Positions 45,366 through 56,221 of a DNA stretch of 64,000 bases are shown here, one piece after another. The stretch is taken from assembly GCA_025558095.1 (NCBI GenBank), contig JAIVFI010000005.1, forward strand, positions 806,001 through 870,000. The letters are read 5' to 3'. The stretch is from Hyaloraphidium curvatum SAG 235-1 (taxonomy: Eukaryota; Fungi; Monoblepharomycota). Position 1 is the first letter of the stretch, and each line of letters opens with the position of its first letter. The position numbers and the translations under genes are program-made. Under the pieces are notes generated by a model. It ran no database searches. It saw only the letters and a list, made by a program, of their open reading frames with translations, and had not been told where the DNA came from.

Positions 45366-47295
45366 ATGCCCAGCGCCGCGTCGACATCAACGGTGTCGCC
45401 GGCATCCGAAGCCGGCGGCGCGCGGCGCAGGGAGTCCGGCGGCGCGCCCGGCGCGGTTTCGCACCGCCGCGGCGGGCGCGATCCCCTCCCGGCCCCCTCG
45501 CCGGCGAGCCCGCCCATCCGAGCGGAAATTGCCGAGCTCGAGCTCTGGGAGGCGTTCGACGCGGTCGTGAACGAGCTGGTCCTGTCGCGGACGGGGAGGT
45601 GCGTCGTCGCGGGCCGGCGGTCCCACGGGGGACGGTGCGCGGGTGTTTGTGGCCGCGCTGCGGGGCTGGGGACCCGGGAAGTCGCGTGCCTTTAAGGAGG
45701 AATGGTTTTCCCGCCGTCATTTTGGCGGGGGAAGGGTGCGCTGGGGATCCAGGGGCAAGGATCGCGGGGTGCGAATCGCGTCCCTCGCACCACTTCGGCG
45801 CCCCCTCCCACGGTCAGGAGCTCGCCGCTCATCCCGTTCTTGCCTTCCTCCCGCAGGACCATCTTCCCCTCGCTGTCCTACGCCGTCGAGCTGCCGGCCG
45901 ACAAGCGCTACGGCATGCAGATCTCCTTCCGCCACTACGACGACACATTCTACCGCTACGACAGCCGCGCCCGGATGTGGGAGTCGCACACGGACGTCTG
46001 GACCATCAAGAAGGGGATGACCATCGCCGACGACGAGGGAATGAAGCACACGCACCCCGCGGGCGTGCGGAAGGGGTCCTACTGGTGCGGTCTCCTCGAA
46101 CACCGTGCTGGACCTCGGGCTGACCTCCCCATCTCCGCAGGAACGAGCACGGGGTGTCGTTCGCCCACGTCCGCATCACCAACGACCCGTACAACGACAA
46201 ACTCTGGGCCAACCCGAAGGAGCGCTCCTGGGTGTCGGGCTGCTTCCTGCTGAGGACCTTCACCAACTACATACCCGTGCTCCACGTCGTCGACCACAAC
46301 GGCAAGGAGGTCGCGACGTTCGAGTTCGAGGCGACCAAGTTCATCGCGGTCAGCCACTACCTGAACCCAAAGCTGCGCGTGCTCAAGGCGGTGGGTTGAT
46401 CTGAGCAGCAGGATCTCCATGTTGTTGACCAAATTTCCAGACCCAGAACCCGAACGCCCACAGCGCCAAGCGCCACGTCGTCACGGTCAACACCAAGGGG
46501 CCCGCTCGGGGCATGGCCAAGGCCAAGAAGCCCACGCCGGAAAAGGAGGATCCTCCCTCCTCGCCCTCCGAGTCTGATCTGGAGTCATCATCCGACGACG
46601 AGCCCGAGGCGCCCGAGCCGGGGCCGCAGCCCCGCTCGCGTGTCCTCGCGCAGGCCACCGTCGAGCCCCCTCCTGCGCTAAAGCCTGCTCCTCCGCCGCC
46701 GCGCGCGGTCCCTCCCAACCCGTCTCCGCCGCCGCCCGCTCCCGCGCGCCAGCAACCCTTGCGCCGGCCCGCCAAGCCGCCCGCCAAGGAGCTCCGCCAG
46801 CGCCCGAAGCCCGCGCCCGCGCCCGTGCCGCCCCCGCCTGCCCGCATCGTCGCGGAGCGCAAGAACGCGGACGATGGGTTCTTTGGAGTGCGGTGGAGCG
46901 CCGAACTGCTCCCGTTCGCCAGGGGCCAGGGCCGTCCGGTGCGCGTCGAGTTCGGGCCGTACGACAGGGACGGGCTGCGGATCAAGGAGCTGTTGGAGGC
47001 CCCGGGCATGAGCGAGGATTCGGAGGAGGAGACGGAGGACTCTGAGGAGGAGAGCGAGGACGAGTTCGTGCCCTCGAGGTCGGCTGCGGCGCGGGAGCAG
47101 GGCAAGGACGAGGCGGAAGCCCCGTCGCCGGCGACACCGATGGACGTGACCCCCAACGTGCCGTCGTCGTCGCCCACGGACGCGGGGCGCCAGGCGCTGG
47201 CGAGCCCGGACCGCATGTCGACGGGTCTCAAGAGGCAGGCCGAGCCGATGATGGGCGAGGAGAAGCGGATGAAGGGGATGGTTGCGGTGGCTTAA
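45366..47295 (+). CDS. T-box domain transcription factor; first intron 45599-45856 plus two short introns
   Basis: LWEAFDAVVNELVLSRTGRTIFP, YRYD..W, HPAGVRKGSYW, VSFAHVRITN, YIPVLHVV, FEFEATKFIAVSHYLN..LKATQNPNA follow the T-box consensus. Confidence 0.85.
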
Positions 47296-47417
47296 AGGAG
47301 TGGATTCGGGCGTGATTTATTCAGTTTCGCTGTAACATGTTCATCTGGCCCGTGTATTGATGTGTCGTCGACAGGGTCGCCCGTCCCGTTGTCCGACAGC
47401 TTTCGCTGTTTGACAGG

Positions 47418-48860
47418 ATGTCTTCCGACGCCGTCCCGCCCACCGCTTGCCCGTCGGCTCTTCCGTTTGAGGTCATCGACTGCATCCTGGGCTTCCTGAG
47501 CGACGACCGGCGCGCGCTGCTCGCGTGCGTGCGCATCCGGGTTCTGCACGATTCTGCGGCGCTTCACCTGTGGAAGCGCGTGGAGATTCCCAAACCGACG
47601 ATGATGGAGCCACTGGAGCCCGCGCACAAGCATGCCATGGAGATCCTCCGGCGCCCGGTCCCGCGGCGCCCGGGCGAGAGGCGGGTTGCGGGGAGGGCCA
47701 TCGAAGGCCCCCGCACGCGCAAGAGCGGCGGCCGGCCGTACGCGCACTACGTCCGCTCGCTGGAGATCCGCGCCGGGTATCCCGAGATACGCACGACGGA
47801 CTTGTCTGACCTGCTGCGGAACTGCGCCGGAAGGAGGCTCGAGTCGCTTGCCTTTTCCGCGGACGAGGAGCAGTTTCCCCGGTGGAGGGACGCTATCGAG
47901 TCGGCGCCAGACCTCTTCGGCCAGCTCACGGAGCTCAAACTGTTCAAGTTGGACAGAACGTGGACCGGGCTGCGGGACTGGCTACAGCAGTTCTGCGGGC
48001 TCCGGTCCCTGCTGGTGGAGCACCCGACTTCTCAAGCTCTGCAGGCAGTCAGAGAAGCATTTGCAGCTTGCAAGACTCTGGAAAGACTGGCCATCTGGGG
48101 TCTCGTCACGGGTGCGTTGAACTTGGCGGAGCTGGTGGGTGGCGATGGGCATCGGTTGAGGAAGCTGGATTTGGCGTATCTCCCTGCTTTGGAGTCTCTC
48201 AACCTACGGGAGTTCTGCCATACCACGGACTGGCCAGGATTCCTGCCTTGCATTCCAGAAAGCCTGACTTCGCTCGAGCTTCATTGGCGGTACAACGCCC
48301 AAGACGCGGAGATTGCAAAGCTTTTCGTGCAGCGCTTTCGCGGGCTGCGCCATCTGTACCTCGAGATCCCCTTCGATCAAAGCTTCCTCGACAAAAGCAT
48401 CGCGTCTCTCACGCAGCTGCGCAAGCTGGAGCTCGTTCACACCGGGTACGCGGAAGAGCCGCCTTCGCTTCCTCTGAAGGCACTCGCGGGGTGTGCAAAG
48501 ACGCTCGAGATGCTGCGTACTCGCGGTCTCCGCATCTCGGTCTCCGGCCCGCCGCTGCCCGGTTTTCCCGCCGTCACGGACCTCGATCTCGACATACCCT
48601 GGCAGTATGCGAGAATGGACTTGTTCAACATGTTCACCCGGCCGCCGCGCTTCCCGCGCGTCAGGAGGCTGTGGATGCGATGGCTCGATCACTGGGCCTA
48701 CATCGGAGCCCAGACCGACAGGATCGAACGCGCCGTCGCCACGCTGCCGCAGCTCAACACGGTCTACGTGGCTGAGTCGGCTCCCACCGAGATGCTGGCA
48801 GACCTGAAGACGGCCTTCCCGACGATCGCGTTCGCCAAGGCGCGGCGCCATCGCCGCTGA
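47418..48860 (+). CDS. F-box/LRR (RNI-like) protein
   Basis: ALPFEVIDCILGFL..LLACVR..LHLWK F-box, YAHYVRSLEI, repeated LxxLxL motifs. Confidence 0.8.
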   Translation: MSSDAVPPTACPSALPFEVIDCILGFLSDDRRALLACVRIRVLHDSAALHLWKRVEIPKPTMMEPLEPAHKHAMEILRRPVPRRPGERRVAGRAIEGPRTRKSGGRPYAHYVRSLEIRAGYPEIRTTDLSDLLRNCAGRRLESLAFSADEEQFPRWRDAIESAPDLFGQLTELKLFKLDRTWTGLRDWLQQFCGLRSLLVEHPTSQALQAVREAFAACKTLERLAIWGLVTGALNLAELVGGDGHRLRKLDLAYLPALESLNLREFCHTTDWPGFLPCIPESLTSLELHWRYNAQDAEIAKLFVQRFRGLRHLYLEIPFDQSFLDKSIASLTQLRKLELVHTGYAEEPPSLPLKALAGCAKTLEMLRTRGLRISVSGPPLPGFPAVTDLDLDIPWQYARMDLFNMFTRPPRFPRVRRLWMRWLDHWAYIGAQTDRIERAVATLPQLNTVYVAESAPTEMLADLKTAFPTIAFAKARRHRR

Positions 48861-48966
48861 TTGATGCTATGACGCGAGGCTCGAAGCTTCGCAAATGGAC
48901 CCTCCGTGAATTAACCGTTGTTTGAATTCGATGTCATATCATTCCTTGTCAAAGCTTCCTGTACAA

Positions 48967-50787
48967 TCAACCCCGGCTGCCAGACGCCTCGCCCGCCGAC
49001 GTCCCCTCCACAGCTCCGGATGCCGACGCCGCGCCTTCCCGCGCGGCACCGTCCACCGTATCCGCGCTCGACAGCGCCGTCATCCTGGCAATGAGCCCGA
49101 ACAGCTGCTCCTCGATCTCCCTCGCCTCCCTCAGCCGCGCCTTGATCCCCGCCCTCGCGCGCTCGTCCAGGCGCACCAGCTGCGCGTCGGTGAGCGAGTC
49201 CAGGTCGTCGGGGATGGTGGGCGCCGGTGCCGGAGCCGGAGGGGGCGCGAGGCCGCCGAATCCGGGCAGCCCGCCGGGGACGAGGCCGGGGGGGAGGTCC
49301 CCCGGCGCCAGGGGCTGCATTCCCGGGATGGGGAACACGCCCTGCGCCTGCGGCGGGCGCCAGCCCGGTGGCAGCCTGTCCGCGGGTATCGGGATGGCCG
49401 GGGGCATCGGCCAGGCAAAGGGGAAGGGAGCGGGCGGGGGCTGCGCCGCGGCGGGAGGAGGGGCGGCGGCCGGGGGAGCGCCGAAAAGGCCGCCGAGGTT
49501 GAGGGGGAAGCGGGCGGCGGGTTGGGGTGCTGGTTGGCCGGGTGCGGCGGCTGGGGGAGGGGCGTCGACGAGGACGGAGCGTCGGCTGTGGGTAACAGAC
49601 ACGGTCCGTTAGCTGCCGAAAAGAGGCAACCGACCATCCGTCAACCCACCAAGTAGGACAGCTCTGCTGCCTTTCCAACCAGCTTCGAAGGCAGTGAAAG
49701 TGGAACATGTGCCCGCACGGCAGCCTCTTTGGCCTGTCTGGCCGCTGCGGCGCCCCGGGCTCCGCGGCCGTCATCTCCTCCCTGCAGATGATGCAGACCC
49801 CGTCCGACGCCGCCAGCTCCGCGGCCGTGGCGTCGGGGTAGCGCACGTCCATGTTGGCCGTCGCGCGGCGGTACCGCAGCAGGTCGCGGACGCGGGAGGC
49901 GAACGAGCGGAGGGTGAAGTAGAGGTCGCGCACGATGTGGAGGGGGAGGCCGTAGAAGTGCACGACGAGGGCGAAGAAGAGGAAGTAGGCGACGAGCTTG
50001 CAGAAATCTGGAGGTGTTTGGAGGTCAGGTGATGGTGGGCAGGTGACTTCAACGGCCGGGCCGAACCAACCGACGATGAGGTCAAGATAGAAGATGATCA
50101 TCCCCTTGTCCTCCCACGGCTGGTCGTCCCTCAAGTCCACCGTGTGCAGCGCGTACTTGACCAGCGTCGCAGCAATCTGCGCGGCCAGGATCGTGTACTC
50201 GAAGCCGAACACGATGACGGCCGACGGACCGCGCTTGAGCGTGCGGTCCACAGCGCGCGAGAGCATGTACAGGTCGAAGGCGAGCAGCAGAAACATGGTC
50301 GGCAGCATTTTTAGGTGCGAGCGGAGGGTCGGCGCCGGGCCCTGCTCCATCTGAAGGGGTGGAAACCGATCGGCAAACTGAGCTCCTCTTCGGCATAGGA
50401 GGAACCCACGAAATCGACCCTGTCGCCCGCAATCCAGTGCAGCACCTTCGCCCCTAAAAGCACGCCGAAGAACAGCACGAATTCGGCTCCGAACTCGTCG
50501 CGGAACACGGTCATTGCCAGGCACGTCTCGGTGACGGCGAACCACGACCGCTCGTAGAGGTGCTCGACCTCGACGGCCCGCAGCGGGCCGAAAACGGCGC
50601 GGACGGCCCGGCGGCCGGCGTTGATGCCGACCGCAAAGGCCGCGGCGAGCAGCACGAGCACCGAGCCGCCCGACTTGGAGAGATGCACCATCGCCGGGAA
50701 GAACTGGAACGCGCGGGCCGCCAGCGACCGGAGCACGACGAATATTGCCGCCGCGAAGGACGCGGCGGAGAATGCCGCCAGCCGCAT
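48967..50787 (-). CDS. HRD1: ERAD E3 ubiquitin ligase HRD1/synoviolin; 3 introns
   Basis: FGPLRAVEVEHLYERSWFAVTETCLAMTVFRDEF, WEDKG, YGLPLHIVRD, RING-H2 CIICREEM..PKRLPCGHMFHFHCLRSWLERQQSCPT. Confidence 0.95.
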
Positions 50788-50965
50788 CGGGTCGGCCGTC
50801 GGGGAGAGAGGGGTGGGCGTCCGTGGTGTCGACGTGGCAGCGACCGTGCGGAATCCCGGCCCACCTACTCCCTCACAAAGCTGAACGGCGAGACGTCGCT
50901 GCAAACGAAACACTACAGAAAGTTTCCTAATCTATCCGCCATTTACGTCCACCCTTTCCGTTTAT

Positions 50966-51984
50966 GTGAGTCGCGTGAGTATTGGGCGCGCCCAGGGGTG
51001 CCAGCCGCAGTTAAAGAAGTCCAACGTGGCTTGTCGGCGTGCAAAGGCTCGAACCACAATAGCCCGGCTAAGAGGAGGAGGAGGAGGGCCGCTGACTTTA
51101 GAGGACTACGCGGAGCAGTACAGAGATGTCGACCAAGAAGCCGTCGCACAAATCGTCGCCGAGCAACTACATGCCACGCTACTTTACGACGTTTGGCTCA
51201 AAATTCGGAAAGACCTCGAAAAGCAAGCCGCTCTAGACCTTCGAGACGTCGGAGACATCGGCTATGAGCCCAAATTGGACGAGAAAATGGATCGGGTCCG
51301 ACAGCTGACCCTGTTGCCTGGCGACCCTGACCGTGGGTGTGACGGGCACTATCCTGCCTTGCCGACGAGCCGCCCTTGCAGGGTATGTTAGCGCCGAGAT
51401 CACGTACTCGAGACCGTTTGGGGTGCAGTATGTGCCCAAGTGCGTCCTGATGGCCCGGGAAATGCTCGACAGCTCTGTCGTGCCTTCATTCGTCAAGACG
51501 AGCCAGTTCAAAACCAGTTTCAAGGCCTGGATCGCCAAAGTGCCCGCGGTCCTGGCGAATGGTGTTGGTGTGCGTCCGTTTGTGGGAGCGATTGCTGCTC
51601 ACCGTCCCATTCAAGCCCCATCCACACCTGCAAACCTGGGACGGCTTGCGCCTGGTACTGCTCAAGAGGTTCGGGCATTGGTCGTGGAACCAGGCGAAGC
51701 GTTTCGTGGTGGAAGGAAAGGTACCTCTGGAGAAAGGATATTTCGGCCGCCCGAACGACAAGCACCTCGGGATCGATGTCACGGAGAAGAAGGGCAGCGT
51801 TGGGGTCGAAAGCTGGACGTTCGACAAGGATCCGTCTGCGCCGGATGGTGGGGACGACGATGAGGGCGGAGACAACGATGCTGGAGATGCTGGGGACGGG
51901 GACGTGGCGACAACGACGCATCGTAGGATGGTAGGACGAAATTCACGAAGTGTATTGTCTGGTGTACGGCCCATGCGAGCATAG
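50966..51984 (+). CDS. hypothetical spliced orphan gene or relic, lower GC
   Basis: Three coding-like segments separated by GTGGGT..CAG and GTGCGT.. intron-like stretches; start codon unclear; no family recognised. Confidence 0.3.
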
Positions 51985-52081
51985 AGTCCATAACCCCTAC
52001 GTACCGTCAGCGAATGTCTCCAACCCACTTTGCCCTCGGAACATGCGTCCCGGAAGGGTCCTTTCGCCGGCATCCGCCGGC

Positions 52082-52815
52082 TCACTTGCCCTTCGCCGCC
52101 TCGACCGCCTCCCCGATCACGTCCGCAACCTTCCCCGGCACCGACATGAACGGCGAATGCGACGCCTCCAGCTCCACCACCTTTCCCCCCGACCTCCTTG
52201 CCATCGCCCTCTGCACCTCGGGCAGGATCGCCCTGTCCTGCGTGGCCACGACGTAGGTCGTCGGCACCGTCTTCCACGCGGCAGAGGTGACCGGCTGCCC
52301 GAACGTGATCCCCGGCTGCGGCCCGAGCCTGGCAACGGCGGCGGCGGCTTCGGCGGGTTCGCAGTCGGCGTACAGCGCCGCCCCGGCCAGCGCCGGGTCG
52401 AGGAGCAGGGTGCCATCCCCGCGGGGGCGGATGGCCGCGGCGAGGTCCGCGTTGTTCCTGACGGGGATGCCCCTGAGGTCCATCAGGGACTCGCCGGCGT
52501 CGGGGCAGAAGGCCGCGAGGTAGACGAGGTGCGCGACCTTGCCGGCGCGACCTTGCCGGCGGACAGGGAGGCGGCCTGCGTGATGACGACCCCGCCGTAC
52601 GAGTGGCCCACGAGGCAAACGGGCTCGTCCTGGGCATCGACCAATGCGGCGACGTGCGCCGCGTCGCCGTGCATGTCGCCGAGGCGCAGCGCGCTGTCGC
52701 CGTGGCCGGGCAGGTCCACCGCGCCGGCGTCGATGCCGCGGCGGGAGAGCTCGGGGAGCAGCTTGTCCCACGCCCAGGCGCCGTGCCACGCGCCGTGCAC
52801 GAGGACGGCTTTCAT
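52082..52815 (-). pseudogene. alpha/beta hydrolase (Abhydrolase_6/methylesterase-like) frameshifted by a 14-bp tandem duplication
   Basis: VLVHGAWHGAWAW, VGHSYGG, then LVYLAAF..DRAI..ASHSPF in another frame. GCGCGACCTTGCCG occurs twice at 52531-52558. Confidence 0.85.
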
Positions 52816-53076
52816 GACGGGGGCGGCGGGGAGGGGCCGGGCGTGGGGCGGGTGGGAGGCGGATTTGCGGGGCGGAAGCGTCGGCGTTGGGCTGTGCTGC
52901 GCGCAGCAATCTCGCACGTGGTACGCAACAACCGGCGGCCCGGTCTGACGTGAAGTACTGGAGAAAAGAAGGTGGGTGCTGGGCTCTACGAATTGGATGC
53001 ACATCCTATGCCTCCCGCAGCGGGTTGGGGCACAGCAAAGACCCAAAGAGGAGCACGCCATAGAACCAGACCAGTT

Positions 53077-53706
53077 TCAAAGGTAGTACACCAACGCGAC
53101 CGCCATGATGCTCTTGATCACCGCCCCGGGCAGGAACGGCACCACGCCGTGCCTCCACGCGAACCCGGGCCCCACCCTCCTCGCCAGCCACGGCGCCCCC
53201 GACGCCATCCACAGCCCGCCGACGGCCAGCGTCGCCGCGTGCGCCACGCAGAAGGAGGCAAAGAGGTCCCATGCCCTGCGGCCCGGCCAGAGGAAGCCGT
53301 CGGGTTGGCGTCCGCCGCGGGGAGCGGCATCCCGGAAGCCTGCCCCCGAGACCGCGGCGGCGACGGGGAACGAGAGCACGTACCCCGCCCCCAATCCCCT
53401 GAAAAACGGCACGGTACCCGGTCCGGGCGCCAGCACGGGCGCCCCCGCCGCCGCCAGCGCGGCGTACGCGCCGAGGCACGCCGCGCCCCTCCACGGGCCC
53501 AAGAGCGCGCCCAGGGCGCACGCGGCGAGGGTCTGCATGGTGAACGGGGCGGCGGCCCCCGGCGGGTGGAGCGAGATCCGGGCGGAAAGCGCGCAGAGGG
53601 CGGTGCCGCCGAGCGCGAGGGCGGATTCGTAGGCGGCCCGCTGCGGCGGGGCCGGCGGAGGCGGGAGGAGCGTTTCGACGGGGGGAGGCGGGGCCGCATC
53701 GGGCAT
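53077..53706 (-). CDS. bioY: BioY-family biotin transporter (ECF S-component), intron-less
   Basis: ALSARISL..APFTMQTLA..GALLGPWRG....AY...AAGAPV......G.GAGYVLSFPVAA ... G.LW.. GVVPFLPGAVIK: the BioY signature series; highly hydrophobic. Confidence 0.85.
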   Translation of the reverse strand: MPDAAPPPPVETLLPPPPAPPQRAAYESALALGGTALCALSARISLHPPGAAAPFTMQTLAACALGALLGPWRGAACLGAYAALAAAGAPVLAPGPGTVPFFRGLGAGYVLSFPVAAAVSGAGFRDAAPRGGRQPDGFLWPGRRAWDLFASFCVAHAATLAVGGLWMASGAPWLARRVGPGFAWRHGVVPFLPGAVIKSIMAVALVYYL

Positions 53707-53827
53707 CCTCGGAGGGAAAGGAAGTTCGGAGGCGCGTTGGGCGCGTTTCGGTCGGGGGATCGAGGGCAGGACGCGTCCGGGGACGGGGTACTCTTGTTTA
53801 CGCGCTGCCCAACGACGCGCCTCCGCG

Positions 53828-54601
53828 ATGGAGCCCAACGAAATCCCCCTCCTCGAGTTCGACCCGTCGCCGATCGCGGTGATCAACGCCGCCTCGAAGC
53901 ACGGCACGGCCCCCCTGCCCGTCGCCTTCCCGCGGCACGCGGTCCTCTGCTGGTTCGGCGACGTGGTCGCCAAGCGCACTTCTTCGCTGGAACGCGTGTA
54001 CGCCGTGCCGTTCGAGCACGGCGAGCACCCCATCCACATCGTGGAGCACAGGGGGAAGGAGGTCGCGCTGGTCAGCGCGGGGGTGGGCGCGCCGGCGTCG
54101 GTCATGACCTTCGAGTGCGTGCACGCGCTGGGGGCGACCAAGATCGTCGGGTGCGGGGGCGCGGGCATCGTCAGGCCGGGGTTCGACCCCGGGCACGTGA
54201 TCGTCCCCGTCGAGGCGATCCGCGACGAGGGGACGTCGTACCACTACGTCCCGGCGGGGGAACGCGTGTTCCCCGACCCCAAGGCGCTGGAGGCCATCGA
54301 CGCCACCCTCAGCGAGCACGGGGTGCCGCACGACCGCGGGCTGACCTGGACCACGGACGGGTTCTACCGCGAGACCCCGGCAAAAGTGGCGCGCCGGCGG
54401 GAGCAGGGATGCATCGCCGTGGAGATGGAGGCCGCGGCGCTGTTTGCCGCGGCAAAGTTCCGGGGCGTGCAGTACGCGCAGTTTCTGTACGCGGGGGACG
54501 ACGTGTCGGCCGAGGAGTGGGATCCGCGCGGGTGGGACAGCCTGCACTCGGTGCGGGAGCGGCTGCTGGACCTCGCGTTGGACGCCGTGCTGCGCATCTA
54601 G
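53828..54601 (+). CDS. nucleoside phosphorylase (PNP/UDP family 1), bacterial-type, intron-less
   Basis: IPLLEFD, GVGAPAS, GCGGAG, AIRDEGTSYHY, WTTDGFYRET, VEMEAAALFA. Confidence 0.92.
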   Translation: MEPNEIPLLEFDPSPIAVINAASKHGTAPLPVAFPRHAVLCWFGDVVAKRTSSLERVYAVPFEHGEHPIHIVEHRGKEVALVSAGVGAPASVMTFECVHALGATKIVGCGGAGIVRPGFDPGHVIVPVEAIRDEGTSYHYVPAGERVFPDPKALEAIDATLSEHGVPHDRGLTWTTDGFYRETPAKVARRREQGCIAVEMEAAALFAAAKFRGVQYAQFLYAGDDVSAEEWDPRGWDSLHSVRERLLDLALDAVLRI

Positions 54602-54781
54602 CCGTCGGCTCCATTAAAACTTATCGAATCTTGAGCGTGCTTATTGAATGGAGCAGCGGATGTGGTCGAGCAGCGAAGCTGGGGCAAGGATATGGACGCC
54701 AATTGGCCACAAGGCACTCCAAAATCTCCGCTCCAAATCCCTCCGGCGAATTCGGCGACCGCTCGCTCGACATCCGCCGCA

Positions 54782-56221
54782 ATGCAGCTCGTTTCCACGC
54801 GGCTCTCCGCGGCGCAGCTCGACGAGGCCCGCGGGATCCTCGCCGGCGTGTCGGAGCCGCCGCCGCCGGCCGCCGCCGAGCCCCGCGCCGAGCGCGCCGA
54901 CGCGCGGCCGCCGACGTTCGAGGCGTTTGCGCGCATCCGGCCGTTTTCGCCCGGCGAGGCGCGCGAGTGGAATTCCGCGCTGCCGCGGGGGGGCGGCTGC
55001 CTGCCGGGCTTCGCGGCCACCTTTCCGCCCGAATCGCGGACCGCCGACGTGTTTAAACGCGCCCTGGAGCCACACGTCGCGGCGGCGCTGGCGGGCGGCG
55101 CCGTCACCGCGTTCTGCCACGGCCACACCGGCGCCGGCAAGACGCACACGGCGCTCGGCGCGCCCGGCGACCCGGGGCTGTTCGAGCTCGCCGCCTCCGC
55201 CCTGCTGGCCGGCCTCGCCCCCGGGCTGGCGCTGCACGCGCGGTTCCTCGAGCTGTACGGCGCCGCGGCGTTCGACCTGCTGGACGCGCGCAAGCCGGTG
55301 CACCTCCGCGAGGCGCGCGACGGCTCGCTGCGCGTGCGGGGCGAAACCAGGCTGCTGGGCGACGGGCGCGTGGCGGTGCTCTCGCAGCGGCGCGAGGCCG
55401 TGCGCACGGGGGCGGACGCGGCGCGGGTGCTGGCGGCCGGCTGCGCGCACCGCTCCGCCGGGGCGTCGTCGGTGCACGACCGGTCCTCGCGGTCGCACGC
55501 GGTGCTGGAGCTCGAGGTGGTCAGCGAGGAGCTCGTGCGGGCGCGCGATGCCGTCGCCGAGGCCGAGGCGGTCGAGGTGCAGGCGGGCAAGGCCGCCGCC
55601 GACGGGACCATGGCGTTCTGGGCCGGCGGGCTGCTGGCCTTCGGGGGCGCCGCCGGCCACCGCACCGCGGCGCCCTCGTGCGACGCCGACGGCACCGATC
55701 CCGCGGCGTGGCTGGCTTCCCTGCGCGCCGCCGCATCCATCGCCTGCACCGCCTCCCGCATCGCCCTCGCCGCCCAGCAGTCCCACGACGCCGCCCGCGC
55801 CCGCGAAGCCGCCCTCCTCTCGTCCCCGCGCCCCGGCGCCCCGGCCGTCGGCGGCAAGATCACCCTCGTCGACCTCGCCGGCGCCGACCGGGACCACCGC
55901 ACCGTGGGGACCGACACGACGCCCAGGGAGCGCGCCGAGTCCGCGGCCATCAACCGCAGCCTGATGGCCGTGCGCGCGTGCATCCGCGCGCTCGCGACGG
56001 GGGAGGGCAGGCCGCCGTTCAGGGACGCGCCGCTGGCGAGGGTGCTCGCGCCGGCGCTGCTGGGGACGGGCGCGGCGACGGTGGTGGTGGCGTGCGTGTC
56101 GCCGTGCGGGAGCCGGGCGAGGGAGACGCGGGGGACGCTCGAGTACGCGAGGATGGCGGCGGGGGCGGCGGAGAAGGGGAGGGCCGGGAAGGCGGGGGGC
56201 ATGGGGGCGAGGGAGATGTGA
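54782..56221 (+). CDS. divergent stalk-less kinesin motor-domain protein
   Basis: FARIRP, GHTGAGKTHT (P-loop), FLELY..AFDLL, SSRSHAV (switch I), VDLAGAD (switch II), INRSL, PFRDAPLARVL, TLEYA. Confidence 0.85.
   Translation: MQLVSTRLSAAQLDEARGILAGVSEPPPPAAAEPRAERADARPPTFEAFARIRPFSPGEAREWNSALPRGGGCLPGFAATFPPESRTADVFKRALEPHVAAALAGGAVTAFCHGHTGAGKTHTALGAPGDPGLFELAASALLAGLAPGLALHARFLELYGAAAFDLLDARKPVHLREARDGSLRVRGETRLLGDGRVAVLSQRREAVRTGADAARVLAAGCAHRSAGASSVHDRSSRSHAVLELEVVSEELVRARDAVAEAEAVEVQAGKAAADGTMAFWAGGLLAFGGAAGHRTAAPSCDADGTDPAAWLASLRAAASIACTASRIALAAQQSHDAARAREAALLSSPRPGAPAVGGKITLVDLAGADRDHRTVGTDTTPRERAESAAINRSLMAVRACIRALATGEGRPPFRDAPLARVLAPALLGTGAATVVVACVSPCGSRARETRGTLEYARMAAGAAEKGRAGKAGGMGAREM

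Noticed and set aside
45599-45856. Unusually long T-box intron with small hairpins as a snoRNA host
   Set aside because: No convincing C/D or H/ACA boxes seen; hairpins are expected at this GC content.
53828-54601. PNP_UDP gene as an NLR-type effector belonging to the ankyrin-McrB system
   Set aside because: It resembles stand-alone bacterial nucleoside phosphorylases, is 5 kb away with unrelated genes between, and has no link beyond proximity.
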